Origin: Ignavibacteriota bacterium
GTDB lineage: Bacteria; Bacteroidota; Ignavibacteria; UBA10030; CAVZMI01
Length of the DNA: 64,000 nt
NCBI GenBank assembly: GCA_963776275.1
Contig: CAVZMI010000021.1
Location: 256,001 to 320,000, forward strand
Direction: 5' to 3'
Made by a program: the position numbers and the translations under genes. Shown here one piece after another: positions 42,715 to 53,864 of this stretch; the first letter of the stretch is position 1, and the number at the start of each line of letters is the position of its first letter. Below the pieces are notes generated by a model. It worked only from the letters and a program-made list of their open reading frames with translations, had not been told where the DNA came from and searched no databases.

Positions 42715-44473
42715 ATGGCTATACTACACCCTATTGACTGGATAGTTATTGCCGGTTACTTCGGACTTATTATCGGCATCGTCGTTTGGGTCATGCGAAA
42801 ACAGAAAAAAACATCCGACGGATATTTTCTAGCCGGTCGTGAATTAGGATGGTTCATCATAGGCGCATCAATTTTCGCCTCAAATATTGGATCCGAGCAT
42901 CTGGTCGGGCTGGCGGGATCAGGAGCCACGGATGGTGTCGCAATGGCACATTACGAGCTTCATGCCTGGTGTTTACTGGTGCTGGCGTGGGTGATGGTCC
43001 CGTTCTATATGCGCTCGAAGGTATTTACAATGCCTGAGTTTCTCGAAAGGCGTTTTTCTCCGACAGCACGGACAGTGCTTTCTCTTATTTCGCTGGTAGC
43101 ATATATTCTTACAAAAATCGCCGTGGGGATTTTTGCGGGAGGTGTTGTGTTTTCTGTGCTTCTTCCCGACCTGAACCTTTGGGGGATGGATAGTTTCTGG
43201 ATAGGATCGGTTCTCGTAGTCGTCATTACCGGTCTCTATACGATTGTCGGGGGGATGAAAGCCGTTGCCTATACTGAAGCAATCCAGACAATTATTTTGG
43301 TCATTGGATCCGCGCTCGTAACCGTGTTCGGTCTCCATGCACTTGGCGGATGGTGCCGTGCTTCGTGCAATCGTCTCCAATCCGAGCGGCTATTCCGAAA
43401 TGTTTAACCTCTGGAAACCTATCGTCCCGGCCGGGGTAGAAAGCACATGGGCTCCTGTGAAAGAGGCCGGAAAAATGGCGTGGTATTTCAATAGTAATTA
43501 TCCATGGATTGGAATGCTCGTTTGTGCCCCTGTCATCGGATTATGGTACTGGTGTACCGATCAATACATCGTCCAAAGGGCCTTAACGGCACCGAATGAG
43601 ACACAGGCGAGGCGTGGTTCGATCACAGCTGCCTTTTTTAAATTGCTTCCCGTATTTATTTTCATTATTCCTGGAATAATATGCTATGCATTGGCAACAC
43701 ACATGCCTAAGGCATATCCACAGTTGACGGAAATTTTGATCGATCGTGATCATGCGCAGAGTGCGTTCCCTCTTATGGTTGCTTATGTTTTACCGATCGG
43801 TATACGCGGTATTGTTGTCGCAGGACTTCTCGCCGCATTGATGAGTTCACTGGCTGGTGCGTTCAATGCTTCTGCAACATTGTTCACAATTGATTTCTAT
43901 CGACGCATGCGTCCCGGGATTTCTCAGGAAAGACTTGTGTGGGTCGGTAGGGTTGCTACGGCTGTGATGGTTGTCATCGGCCTTCTCTGGATTCCAGTTA
44001 TACGAGGTGGACGAGGTTTGTATGATTATCTCCAGGGCGTTCAAGCATATCTGGCACCACCGATATTTGTCGTCTTCTTCCTGGGTGTGTTCTATAAGCG
44101 ATTGAATGCAAAAGGATGCCTCTGGGCTCTTACCACAGGTTTTACGTTAGGAATCATACGTCTCGCAATTGATACTCCGGTTAAACTCATGACAGGATTT
44201 CAATATGATACAGGATCATTTTTATGGATCGTGAATCATATCTTCTTCCAATACTATAGTATGATCATTCTGGCCGTATCGGCGATTGTGATGATTGTCG
44301 TCAGTTATATGACCGAGAAGCCGGACTATGTAAAGATCAGCGGATTGACCTATGCGACCAGAACAGAAACGGACAAGCAAGTCACGAGGGCGAGCTGGAC
44401 TAAATCCGATGTCGTGTTATCGTGTGTCGTCCTGGTGCTCATCCTCTGCGCCTATATCTATTTTACGGGTTGA
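42715..44473 (+). CDS. Sodium:solute symporter, probable arabinose transporter (frame break near 43354)
   Basis: YFLAGR, SIFASNIGSEHLVGLAG, WYWCTDQYIVQR, AALMSSL. Confidence 0.9.
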
Positions 44474-44495
44474 TCGAATTGGAGAGTAATCAGCA

Positions 44496-46196
44496 TTGGG
44501 TAAATACGTTATCGGTTTAGATTTCGGCACAAACTCCTGCCGTTCAGTTGTCGTCGATGTTGCCGACGGAAAGGAATTGGCGAGTCATGTCTTTCCCTAT
44601 CCTTCCGGAAAAGACGGGGTAATCGTGGATTCTACAAATCCGAATCTGGCCCGGCAGAATCCTGCCGATTATATCAAAGGGATAGAAGCTGCTATAAAAG
44701 GGGCAATTAAAAAAGCAAAGTCCGTCAAGAAAAAATTCTCCGCCGCCGATATCATCGGCATCGGAGTCGATACGACCGGCAGCAGTCCTTTACCCGTTGA
44801 TGCTCAAGGGAAGCCCTTATGTTTTGACAGGAAGTTCAGGAAAAATCCTGCCGCGATGGTATGGCTTTGGAAAGATCACACAGGTTATGCCGAAGCCGAA
44901 CAGATCACGGAATTGGCTTCGAAAATCCGCCCGCAATATCTTTCCAAAATCGGCGGCACATATTCTTCGGAATGGTGGTGGAGTAAAATTCTTCACTGCA
45001 AGAATATTGCACCGGATGTGTTCGATACAGCACACAGCTGGGTAGAAATCTGCGATTGGATTCCTGCCGTTCTGGTGGGAGAATTATCTCCCTCTATAAT
45101 TAAGCGCAGCATCTGCGCGGCGGGTCACAAGGCAATGTTCAATTCATCGTGGCAGGGTTTGCCGGATGAAGAATATCTCGAAGAACTTTCACCAGGGCTC
45201 GGTCCGCTTCGGGCACGACTCTATAACGAAGCTTACACAGCCGATAACCTTGCCGGATATTTATCGAAGGAGTGGGCAATTAAATTAGGACTTTCCACTT
45301 CGGTTGCAGTCGCCGTTGGCGCGTTTGATGCCCATATGGGCGCTGTCGGCGCCGGAATTTCCATCGGGACGCTGGTGAAGATCGTTGGGACGAGTACCTG
45401 CGACATCATGATTCATCCGCATAAAGAAAAGCTGAACGATATTCCCGGTGTCTGCGGGATCGTCGATGGCTCGGTGATGGATGGCTATTTCGGCATCGAG
45501 GCCGGTCAATCCGGTGTCGGCGATATTTTTCTTTGGTTCGTCAATAACCTTGTTTCTGCGAGATTTGGCAAAACGCAGGATGAAAAATTCAAGAATCTTG
45601 AAAAAGCGGCTGCTAAGTTACTTCCGGGTGAAAGCGGACTCCTCGCACTCGATTGGAATAACGGCAACCGGACTATTCTTGTCGATGTCCGCCTCACAGG
45701 ATTACTGCTCGGTCAGACATTGCATACCGGACCGCACGAAATCTACCGTGCATTGATCGAAGCAACAGGTTTTGGCGCACTGGCAATTATTGACCGTATA
45801 GAAGAATACGGTGTTAAAGTAAAAGAAGTAATCAATTGCGGCGGATTGGCTTCGAAGAATACATTGATGATGCAAATCTACGCCGACATTACCGGCCGTC
45901 CGATGAAAATATCACGCAGCGATCAGACTCCGGCGCTTGGTGCCGGTATCTTCGCAGCTGTTGCAGCAGGAAAGAAAGCCGGTGGTTACGATTCCGTCGA
46001 AGAAGCGCGGAATGCAATGACCGGTACAGGAAAACAATATCTGCCGATCAAAGAGAACCACGAGACCTACAAAAAGCTCTACAAGCTTTATCGGCAGCTC
46101 TATGACGGGTTTGGAACGAAAGAGTGGAACGGCGGAATGTATAACATAATGAAGAACCTTTTAGTATTACGTGATGAGGTAAGAAAAACAAAATGA
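44496..46196 (+). CDS. araB: Ribulokinase
   Basis: [48 protein letters not shown]. Confidence 0.94.
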   Translation: MGKYVIGLDFGTNSCRSVVVDVADGKELASHVFPYPSGKDGVIVDSTNPNLARQNPADYIKGIEAAIKGAIKKAKSVKKKFSAADIIGIGVDTTGSSPLPVDAQGKPLCFDRKFRKNPAAMVWLWKDHTGYAEAEQITELASKIRPQYLSKIGGTYSSEWWWSKILHCKNIAPDVFDTAHSWVEICDWIPAVLVGELSPSIIKRSICAAGHKAMFNSSWQGLPDEEYLEELSPGLGPLRARLYNEAYTADNLAGYLSKEWAIKLGLSTSVAVAVGAFDAHMGAVGAGISIGTLVKIVGTSTCDIMIHPHKEKLNDIPGVCGIVDGSVMDGYFGIEAGQSGVGDIFLWFVNNLVSARFGKTQDEKFKNLEKAAAKLLPGESGLLALDWNNGNRTILVDVRLTGLLLGQTLHTGPHEIYRALIEATGFGALAIIDRIEEYGVKVKEVINCGGLASKNTLMMQIYADITGRPMKISRSDQTPALGAGIFAAVAAGKKAGGYDSVEEARNAMTGTGKQYLPIKENHETYKKLYKLYRQLYDGFGTKEWNGGMYNIMKNLLVLRDEVRKTK

Positions 46197-46887
46197 GGCT
46201 CGAACAACTACTGGAAGAAGTCCTGCAGGCCAATCTCCAGTTAGTGAATGCCGGTCTGGTAACACTCACATGGGGCAATGTCAGCGGTATACATCGTGCG
46301 GAAGGACTGGTTGTCATAAAACCAAGCGGTGTTGGATATGATTCTATCACTGCCGCCGATATGGTTATTGTGGATTTGGAAGGAAAGGTTGTCGAGGGCA
46401 AGCTTCGTCCATCTTCGGATACGCCAACACATTTGAAACTATACAAGGCGTTTCCTGCAATTGGAGGAATCACTCACACACATAGTGTTTATGCAACAAT
46501 GTTTGCACAGGCGTGCCTTGAAATCCCGTGCCTCGGAACAACACACGCGGATCATTTCGCGGGCCGGTCCCTGTCACCCGATTCCTCACGGAAGATGAAG
46601 TTCAAGGCGGCTATGAATCCAACACGGGAACAGTAATTATCGAGCGATTCGCACACCTGGATCCAATGAGCAATCCGGCTGTCCTGGTTGCCGGCCATGC
46701 TCCGTTCTCATGGGGAAAAAATGCTACCGACTCGGTGAAGAACAGCATCGCACTGGAATGTGTCGCGCAGATGGCGATCGGAACACTTCAATTGAATCCG
46801 AACACGGCCTCACTTCCCAAATATATTCTTGAAAAGCATCATCAACGAAAACACGGGCCTGATGCGTATTACGGCCAAAAGAAATAA
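46193..46887 (+). CDS. araD: L-ribulose-5-phosphate 4-epimerase (frame break near 46564)
   Basis: [43 protein letters not shown]. Confidence 0.94.
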
Positions 46888-46902
46888 ATCGGAGAATTAT
46901 TA

Positions 46903-48381
46903 ATGAAAAATATTCCTGCCATTAACCTTGGTATCGCTGCCGTTAGCCGCGATTGTTTTCCCATTGAACTTTCCCGAAAGCGCCGCCAAAATGTTATTAC
47001 GGCATGCAAAGGACTCAATGTACCTGTTATCGAGCTTGAGACAATTATTGAAAACGAGCGCGATGTTCTAAAAGCACTGGAAGAAATACGACGAAAGAAA
47101 ATTAATGCCCTGGCATTGTACCTTGGCAATTTCGGACCGGAAGGGCCGACAACGCTGCTGGCCGAGAAATTCGGCGGACCGGTGATGGTCGTCGCCGCTG
47201 CCGAAGATACCGGAAAGGATCTGATTAATGGCCGCGGTGATGCATATTGCGGATTATTAAGCGCATCGTACAATATAGGCCTGCGCCGTCTGAATCCCTA
47301 CATCCCGGAAAATCCCGTTGGGGATCCGAAGGATATAGCTTTAATGCTTTCGGAATTTATTCCAGTTGCGCGAATTGTCAACGGCGTTAAAAATCTCAAA
47401 ATTATATCCTTCGGACCGCGTCCGTTCGATTTCCTAACGTGCCACGCCCCCATCCAACCGCTGTATGATCTAGGTGCTGAAATAATGGAAAACAGCGAGC
47501 TTGATCTGCTGGATATCGTGCAGGCTGAAAAGGGAAATCCGGAAATCAAGCGCATAGCAAAAGAAATGAATGATGAATTAGGACAGGGGAATACCTATCC
47601 CGACCTTATCGAGAAACTTGCCCAGTACGAGTATGCACTTGAAAAATTCATGAATGCAAATATCGGCGCCTCGAAATACGCCGCCTTTGCGAACAAATGC
47701 TGGCCCGCATTCGAAAAATATTTTGGACATGTGCCATGCTACCTGAACTCGCGTCTGGCTGCAAAAGGAATTCCCGTCGCATGTGAAGCCGATATTTACG
47801 GAGCGTTAAGTGAATATATGTCCGTGTGTGCTACGGAAGTTCCTCCCGCCATCCTGGATATTAATAATACCGTTCCAAAAGATATGTATGAAGAAAATAA
47901 ACAGACAATCGGGAATTACTCCTTGACCGATCTGTGGATGGGATTTCATTGCGGGAATACTTCAGCAGGATGTCTTGTCCAACCAATCATGCAATATCAA
48001 CTCATCATGCACCGGCTGATGGAACCGGAACAAAAACCAAATATCACAAGAGGAACACTCGAAGGACAGATCAAAGCCGGTCCGATTTCAATCTTCCGGA
48101 TTCAGGCAACATCCGACGCCGCGATACGTGCCTATGTTGCAGACGGAGAAGTATTAAATATCAATCCGAAGTCCTTCGGCTCTATCGGTGTGTTTGCTAT
48201 TGATGAGATGGGACGCTTCTACCGTCACGTACTAATTGAGAAACGCTTCCCGCATCACACCGCTGTCGCATTCAAACATGCCGGTAAGGCGCTTTTTGCT
48301 GCATGCAAGATGCTTGGTGTAAGCGATGTATTTTTCAATTATCCTAAGGGTGTATTCTATCCATCAGAAAACCCCTTTTAA
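46903..48381 (+). CDS. L-fucose/L-arabinose isomerase (FucI-like) family protein
   Basis: LGNFGPE, RGDAYCG, CEADIYGAL, FHCGN, FPHH motifs; no similarity to the canonical AraA N-terminus. Confidence 0.8.
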   Translation: MKNIPAINLGIAAVSRDCFPIELSRKRRQNVITACKGLNVPVIELETIIENERDVLKALEEIRRKKINALALYLGNFGPEGPTTLLAEKFGGPVMVVAAAEDTGKDLINGRGDAYCGLLSASYNIGLRRLNPYIPENPVGDPKDIALMLSEFIPVARIVNGVKNLKIISFGPRPFDFLTCHAPIQPLYDLGAEIMENSELDLLDIVQAEKGNPEIKRIAKEMNDELGQGNTYPDLIEKLAQYEYALEKFMNANIGASKYAAFANKCWPAFEKYFGHVPCYLNSRLAAKGIPVACEADIYGALSEYMSVCATEVPPAILDINNTVPKDMYEENKQTIGNYSLTDLWMGFHCGNTSAGCLVQPIMQYQLIMHRLMEPEQKPNITRGTLEGQIKAGPISIFRIQATSDAAIRAYVADGEVLNINPKSFGSIGVFAIDEMGRFYRHVLIEKRFPHHTAVAFKHAGKALFAACKMLGVSDVFFNYPKGVFYPSENPF

Positions 48382-48498
48382 ATTGTGACCTGTCCCTACG
48401 GGTCGTAGACCGTCGGCCTGTCCACCGTAGTGAAACGAAGGCGGAAGTCCCGATTCTTAATCCTGAGATTGTCGAAGGATATCGGGACGTAGGCGGAG
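48381..48498. repeat. Nested REP-like palindrome cluster, copy 1
   Basis: AATTGTGACCTGTCC, CTGTCCACCGTAGTGAAACGAAGGCGGA, and GTCCCGAT...ATCGGGAC enclosing TCCTGAGATTGTCGAAGGA; shares units with 55092-55207 and 273-286. Confidence 0.75.
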
Positions 48499-48614
48499 TT
48501 ATGAATTGAGAGCTAGACCTGTGAAGAGTTCTGGCTTTTTTATAATTCTGAAAAAAACACAGCAGCCCCCCTTATTACTACCATACATCATTGGATTGTT
48601 TTCGTTTATTTCTC

Positions 48615-48643
48615 TTGACATTGCCTGCTGTACAACCTAAATT
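48615..48643 (+). promoter_or_regulatory. sigma70-type promoter for the polyamine operon
   Basis: TTGACA-17 nt-TAAATT. Confidence 0.7.
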
Positions 48644-48735
48644 TATGGCTATTAAATTGGTCTTTATGTTAATATTCGATTGCGTAGAAAGGTAAGATCA
48701 TGGAGCACGGTAAAACAGAACCCGGAGGGTATAAG

Positions 48736-49926
48736 ATGAAAGATCATTCGGGAAAAGAGAAATATCTCGCCGGAAAACGTGTCCTCCCCCAGCCTATTTC
48801 GAAGGAGAGCGATATAGCAGCCGTGATAGACAACATGGATGCTTATAATGGAGGAAGACTTCGTGCCGCCTGTCAATTATTGCGCGATAAATATTCACAG
48901 GAGGATGTTACAATCGGAGTAAGCCTTGCCGGTGCCTTAACCCCGGCCGGCCTGGGACCGTCTACCATCATTCCGCTTATGAATCATGGATTCGTGGATT
49001 GGATGACCGCCACGGGTGCCAATATGTACCATGATCTGCATTTTGCTTTCAACATGCCGCTGTTCCGCGGCAGTCATAATGTCGACGACGCCGATCTTCG
49101 CGATAAAGGCGTTACCAGAATTTACGACATTCTATTCGATTATGAAGATGTACTGATGGAGACGGACCGGAGACTTCGCAGAATCATGCTGCGGCCGGAA
49201 TTCCAGAAAGAAATGGGAACCCGTGAATTCTACCATCATCTGGGCAAAGTGATCAATGAATATGAGCAAAAAAATAGTCTGGGCGAAGTCAGCGTCATAG
49301 CGGCGGCGTATCGTAACGGCATACCGATCTTCACATCGTCGCCCGGCGATTCCACAATAGGTATGAATGTGGCCGGATTAGAACTCCTGGCCGAGGCATC
49401 CGAATTACTGGATAAATTCAGACTAAAAATAAATCCGAGCATCAACGTCAACGATTCAACTGCCATCATCCTGAATGCCAAGAAATATGAAAACGGAAAA
49501 ACCGGTGTTATACTGATCGGAGGCGGCAGTCCTAAGAACTTCATGCTTCAGACCGAGCCGCAGATACAGGAAGTCCTGATGATTCCCGAAGCAGGTCAGG
49601 ATTACGACATCAATATTACAGATGCCCGGCCCGATACGGGCGGACTTTCGGGCGCACCGCCCAGCGAAGCGGCCAGCTGGGGAAAAATCGATCCAACGAA
49701 ATTGGATGAAACCGTAACAGCGTACATCGATGTCACGGTGGGATTCCCGCTGATGGTCGCCTACGTACTGCAAACCACAAAACCCAAGAAGTTGAAACGG
49801 CTGTACGATCGTGGGGAAGAATTAAGGAAGAAACTGATTAAATCGTATCTCGAGAACAATAAAGAAGTCGAAGAACTAAAGTCGCTTATTATGAAGCTAA
49901 TCGTACCATACAAAAACGAGGTCTGA
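48736..49926 (+). CDS. Deoxyhypusine-synthase-like protein (probable homospermidine synthase)
   Basis: SLAGALTPAGL, TGANMYHDLH, SSPGDSTIG, GGGSPKNF, DTGGLSGAPPSEAASWGK. Confidence 0.9.
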   Translation: MKDHSGKEKYLAGKRVLPQPISKESDIAAVIDNMDAYNGGRLRAACQLLRDKYSQEDVTIGVSLAGALTPAGLGPSTIIPLMNHGFVDWMTATGANMYHDLHFAFNMPLFRGSHNVDDADLRDKGVTRIYDILFDYEDVLMETDRRLRRIMLRPEFQKEMGTREFYHHLGKVINEYEQKNSLGEVSVIAAAYRNGIPIFTSSPGDSTIGMNVAGLELLAEASELLDKFRLKINPSINVNDSTAIILNAKKYENGKTGVILIGGGSPKNFMLQTEPQIQEVLMIPEAGQDYDINITDARPDTGGLSGAPPSEAASWGKIDPTKLDETVTAYIDVTVGFPLMVAYVLQTTKPKKLKRLYDRGEELRKKLIKSYLENNKEVEELKSLIMKLIVPYKNEV

Positions 49927-49928
49927 TT

Positions 49929-50153
49929 ATGAGTCGAAAAGTAAGTGTTGTTATCGAAAAGGATGAAAATGGATATTATGCCTATTCCCCAGAGTTAGAG
50001 GGGTGTCAATCACAGGGAGATTCTTTTGAAGAGGCATTAAATAATATCCGGGAAGCCATCGAACTTTATCTCGAAACATTGACAGATCAGGAACTTGATG
50101 AACTCCTCAGTCAAGAGATAGTAACAACATCTCTCGAGGTAAAAGTTGTCTAA
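49929..50153 (+). CDS. hicB: HicB-family antitoxin (short, no HTH)
   Basis: VIEKDENGYYAYSPELEGCQSQGDSFEEALNNIREAIELYLE. Confidence 0.9.
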   Translation: MSRKVSVVIEKDENGYYAYSPELEGCQSQGDSFEEALNNIREAIELYLETLTDQELDELLSQEIVTTSLEVKVV

Positions 50154-50355
50154 ACAACCACGGTTGACAGCGTTGGAGGCTGAAGCGTTACTTCTAAAAG
50201 CGGGTTTTTTCCTTCTCCGCTCGAGAGGGAGTCACCGAATTTATCGAAAAAACAATCGCCGTATTGTTGTCCCTTTTCACGGTGAGAAAGCACTCCATCC
50301 AAAAATAGTCAAACAAATTCTTGATGCCTCTCAAAAAATTGATGATGGGAAATAA
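50146..50355 (+). CDS. hicA: HicA-family mRNA interferase toxin
   Basis: LLKAGF..LRSRGSH, IVVPFH, LHPKIVKQIL; overlaps hicB. Confidence 0.88.
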   Translation: MSKQPRLTALEAEALLLKAGFFLLRSRGSHRIYRKNNRRIVVPFHGEKALHPKIVKQILDASQKIDDGK

Positions 50356-50361
50356 TCTTTC

Positions 50362-51501
50362 ATGAACGAAGATCTTCTGGAACTTGTCGAGCAGCACGGC
50401 ACACCGCTCTGCATACTCGATCACAACAAAATTCGTGAGAACTACAGGACGTTCAAAAAGCACCTGCCGCGGGTTCAGTGTTACTACGCAGTGAAAGCCA
50501 ATTCCACGCAGCAGATCATCGAGACATTATTTAAAGAAGGATCGAGTTTCGATGTGGCTTCATACAACGAATTTATGCAGGTATATAAATACATCAGGAA
50601 TTTCGAGAAGAAGGAAAAAAAATATTTTATATGGGACAAAATAATATTTTCCAATACAATAAAAGATAAAGCGACACTACGCAAGATAAAGGAATACAAA
50701 CCGCTTGTTACTTACGACAATATTGACGAGCTGAAAAAAATTAAAGAACACTGTGAAACCGCAGGACTCGTACTGCGGCTGAAGGTTCCCGATACCGGAT
50801 CACAGGTTGAGATGAGTTCGAAATTCGGTGCAGAACCGTCCGATGCCCAGAAACTGATCCAGGAAGCGTTCAACATCGGATTGAAGGTTGAAGGCATAAG
50901 CTTTCATGTCGGCAGTCAGTGTACCAATTTCGATAATTTCACCGAGGCGCTGGCTATTACATCGGTAATTTTTCACAACGCACGTAAAAAGGGATTCAAT
51001 GTGAATCTGATCGATATCGGTGGAGGATTCCCGGTTCCGTATGACCCGCAGGTCCCTGAGTTTGAAAAACTAGCGGCAATATTGAATTCAGAGTTTAAAC
51101 GGCTCTTCCCGGATGATATTGAAATACTGGCTGAACCCGGAAGGTTTATCGTTGCTACTGCTGCCACACTTGTGTCGGAAATCATCGGTAAAGCTCGCCG
51201 TGAAGGGAAAATATTTTACCATATCAACGACGGCGTGTACCACACATTTTCCGGTGTTGTGTACGATCACTGGATTCCCAATTTCAACGCGTTCAAAGAA
51301 GGCGAGCATGAAGTGTGTGCAGTGGTGGGACCGACTTGTGACAGCTTCGACAAGATAACTCTCTCGGCCGATCTGCCCGCGAACCTGGAACTGGGCGATT
51401 ATCTGTACACCGAGAACATCGGAGCATACGGAACCGCATCGTCGACCAAATTCAACGGTTTCGACGGGGCGAAGATCATCCATAGCAATTTTGACATATA
51501 G
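50362..51501 (+). CDS. Fold-type III PLP ornithine/lysine decarboxylase
   Basis: YYAVKAN, FDVAS, SKFGA, SFHVGSQC, DIGGGFP, AEPGRF, GPTCDSFD, GAYG...FNGF. Confidence 0.92.
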   Translation: MNEDLLELVEQHGTPLCILDHNKIRENYRTFKKHLPRVQCYYAVKANSTQQIIETLFKEGSSFDVASYNEFMQVYKYIRNFEKKEKKYFIWDKIIFSNTIKDKATLRKIKEYKPLVTYDNIDELKKIKEHCETAGLVLRLKVPDTGSQVEMSSKFGAEPSDAQKLIQEAFNIGLKVEGISFHVGSQCTNFDNFTEALAITSVIFHNARKKGFNVNLIDIGGGFPVPYDPQVPEFEKLAAILNSEFKRLFPDDIEILAEPGRFIVATAATLVSEIIGKARREGKIFYHINDGVYHTFSGVVYDHWIPNFNAFKEGEHEVCAVVGPTCDSFDKITLSADLPANLELGDYLYTENIGAYGTASSTKFNGFDGAKIIHSNFDI

Positions 51502-51599
51502 TAACAACCCCAGCTACCAACTTCATACGGGGTTTGCACAACGATACCATTTCAAGCAATCGAAATTATCTAATTCCTTTCAATGATGGATTATCGCAC

Positions 51600-53864
51600 T
51601 CATTGTTTGGAGGAATTAATATATTCATTAAAATATTTGCATTCATTTATTGCTTTGAGATAGAATTTCGTGCTTGCATAATTGTTCTTCAATAGTGAAA
51701 AGAAGGTACGGAATTTTGCATTCTTAATTTTCCCATCTCCATCGCTTTGGGTATTGGTAACATAATATTTATTCTGTTCGCATTTCGCCGCCATAAAACA
51801 ACACTCGGCGGCAAGCTCAACATCCCCCGACGCTTGCGCAATGGACATTCCTTGCCGGTAATGGTATTGTGCTCTTGAACAATCAAGATATATTGGAATT
51901 TCCCCTGTTTCTATAAATATCTCATAATCCCTTCCATACCACATATTATCACAGTCATGATAATAAAGCACTACTTCTGCCGAGTTTCCAAAATAGGTAG
52001 TGTTATAGTATACATTTCCCAACAGGTAATGATATTGTGCCGCGTTATCTGGATCAGATTTTAATTTTTCTTCATACCCAAGGATAGTGGATACCAGAGT
52101 TAATTTACTATATGGTTTTTCGGTTCCCATTCTAAAGTCACAATCTCTGCAATCCTTTATTCGTATGGAAAAAGGATCTACTGAATTTATTCTCAAATTA
52201 TAACTTGTCGACTTTTTGTATTCATCGATCGCCTCCTGAAGTTTATGCTGACTAAAGAGAATCGTCCCTTTAAGTTCTCTTAATTCTTCAGGATGCGCAT
52301 CCGATCGGGATATAATGTATTTTTCAAATTGTGTACTATTATGTTTGTTTTCCCAAGCAAGTAATTCTTCAACTTTTTCGATATTAAAAGATGGACGAAA
52401 ATCCGAAATTGAATGATTACACCAAAACGCTTTAATTGTATCGCCTTCCTGAGGTGCAAGTTCTCTGAAAGCATCAACTGTATACTGTACCAATTGGTTA
52501 TGCTCTGTGCTTAGCACACATGCAAAAAGACTATCTTCGGCATATTTTGTTAGGCGAGTTGTTGCAGCAACATCAATAGCGAGTTCAATGAGAGGTAACT
52601 GTCTCTGTATGATAGAGTCTTTCGATTCTTTCAACCCTGATAAAATACTTCTTGCTTCATCATAGTTTTCTGTAAGGAAATTCAAATATCCCGAGGCAAG
52701 AGTCCATAACTCCGGATTCAATATCCTATTTTCTTTGACACAGCGGGATACAAAATTCTTCAGCATATTCATGTGTTTCGTGACTGAGGAGTCAAATGGA
52801 ATATCTTCCCCCCATCTACAATTTCCATATGGATCAACTTTGAATTTACGATCTTCATATTTATTGATTTCCCGGACGAGGAGCAGATTGAGTTTTTCCG
52901 ATGAAGGATCGAGAACATATATATTCTCCATCTCTTCAAGAATATTGTTGATCGGTTCCAATCCGCGTAGGAAGTAGAGTGTTGCTTTTTCCCGGGAAGT
53001 CTTGCATAACTTAAATGTCGCCGTCCAAATACTGTCATTTGATATATTAAAACTCCGATATATAATATCTCTTCGAGCAGGATTTAAATCGAAAAGTGTA
53101 GCAAAATAATGAGCCGCCTCCGCTTTTCTGCCAAGCTTTGCCAATGCTCCTGCTTTTTGTTCCAGCACCCAGTATTGAATGACACTATTAACCTCCAATG
53201 GCGTGATATATTTATCATACAATTCGATGCACTTCTTATATTCCTTTGCATAATGAGCCAAACGGACTATTTGATATCCATATCGTAATTTGATAAATTC
53301 AGATTTACTATCATGATATAGCTCTTCTCCTTTCGTTATCAAGAGATTCATTGTATCCCTGTACTGTGAATAATGCTCATCTACCTCCCACGAATTAAAA
53401 TCGACAGCAGGCTCGCATTCTTTAGCAAAACAAATATATGTAAGAAATTCTTTATCATTATTCTTGTAGAAAAAATCTTTCCAAAATATCAATTTAGATG
53501 ATGGTTCTCTCTCTGATGGATTCTTAATAAGACTGTCCAATTGCTTTAGATCGTTAAGACTAAGTGAATAAATCAATATTTCTATTTCCTTTTTCCCCAA
53601 CTTGCTATTAAAATATTTGCCCCATTCATCAATGTTATCTTTGCGCCCGTCCAAGCATTCATCCCAACTGTTATCGTACAAAGGATTCCATGTAAAATAC
53701 AACGGCCGTAATCCTGCCGTTCCTGTCAATTCGGGATTAAAGAGAAAAGCCGGCCGTGATTCAACATCATCGCAATCGAATGAACAAAGGTTCATAATCG
53801 TGGGCAGTAACCGTATGAATGCAAGACTAGTTAAAAGCAGTAACGATCCTATGAAGATCTTCAT
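51600..53864 (-). CDS. Large exported helical-repeat (TPR-like) hypothetical protein
   Basis: ~754 aa ORF with N-terminal hydrophobic segment; helical repeats (LRYGYQIVRLAHY, LLVREINKYE, YLLGNVYYNTTYFGN); C-terminal T.FY...INEC.YF. Confidence 0.7.
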   Translation of the reverse strand: MKIFIGSLLLLTSLAFIRLLPTIMNLCSFDCDDVESRPAFLFNPELTGTAGLRPLYFTWNPLYDNSWDECLDGRKDNIDEWGKYFNSKLGKKEIEILIYSLSLNDLKQLDSLIKNPSEREPSSKLIFWKDFFYKNNDKEFLTYICFAKECEPAVDFNSWEVDEHYSQYRDTMNLLITKGEELYHDSKSEFIKLRYGYQIVRLAHYAKEYKKCIELYDKYITPLEVNSVIQYWVLEQKAGALAKLGRKAEAAHYFATLFDLNPARRDIIYRSFNISNDSIWTATFKLCKTSREKATLYFLRGLEPINNILEEMENIYVLDPSSEKLNLLLVREINKYEDRKFKVDPYGNCRWGEDIPFDSSVTKHMNMLKNFVSRCVKENRILNPELWTLASGYLNFLTENYDEARSILSGLKESKDSIIQRQLPLIELAIDVAATTRLTKYAEDSLFACVLSTEHNQLVQYTVDAFRELAPQEGDTIKAFWCNHSISDFRPSFNIEKVEELLAWENKHNSTQFEKYIISRSDAHPEELRELKGTILFSQHKLQEAIDEYKKSTSYNLRINSVDPFSIRIKDCRDCDFRMGTEKPYSKLTLVSTILGYEEKLKSDPDNAAQYHYLLGNVYYNTTYFGNSAEVVLYYHDCDNMWYGRDYEIFIETGEIPIYLDCSRAQYHYRQGMSIAQASGDVELAAECCFMAAKCEQNKYYVTNTQSDGDGKIKNAKFRTFFSLLKNNYASTKFYLKAINECKYFNEYINSSKQ

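Noticed and set aside
48381-48498. CRISPR array in the repeat clusters (also 55092-55207)
   Set aside because: No regular repeat-spacer period, units are nested and degenerate, and no cas genes are present
48736-49926. True eIF5A/EF-P hypusination system
   Set aside because: No efp or hydroxylase nearby; linkage to ornithine decarboxylase favours polyamine synthesis
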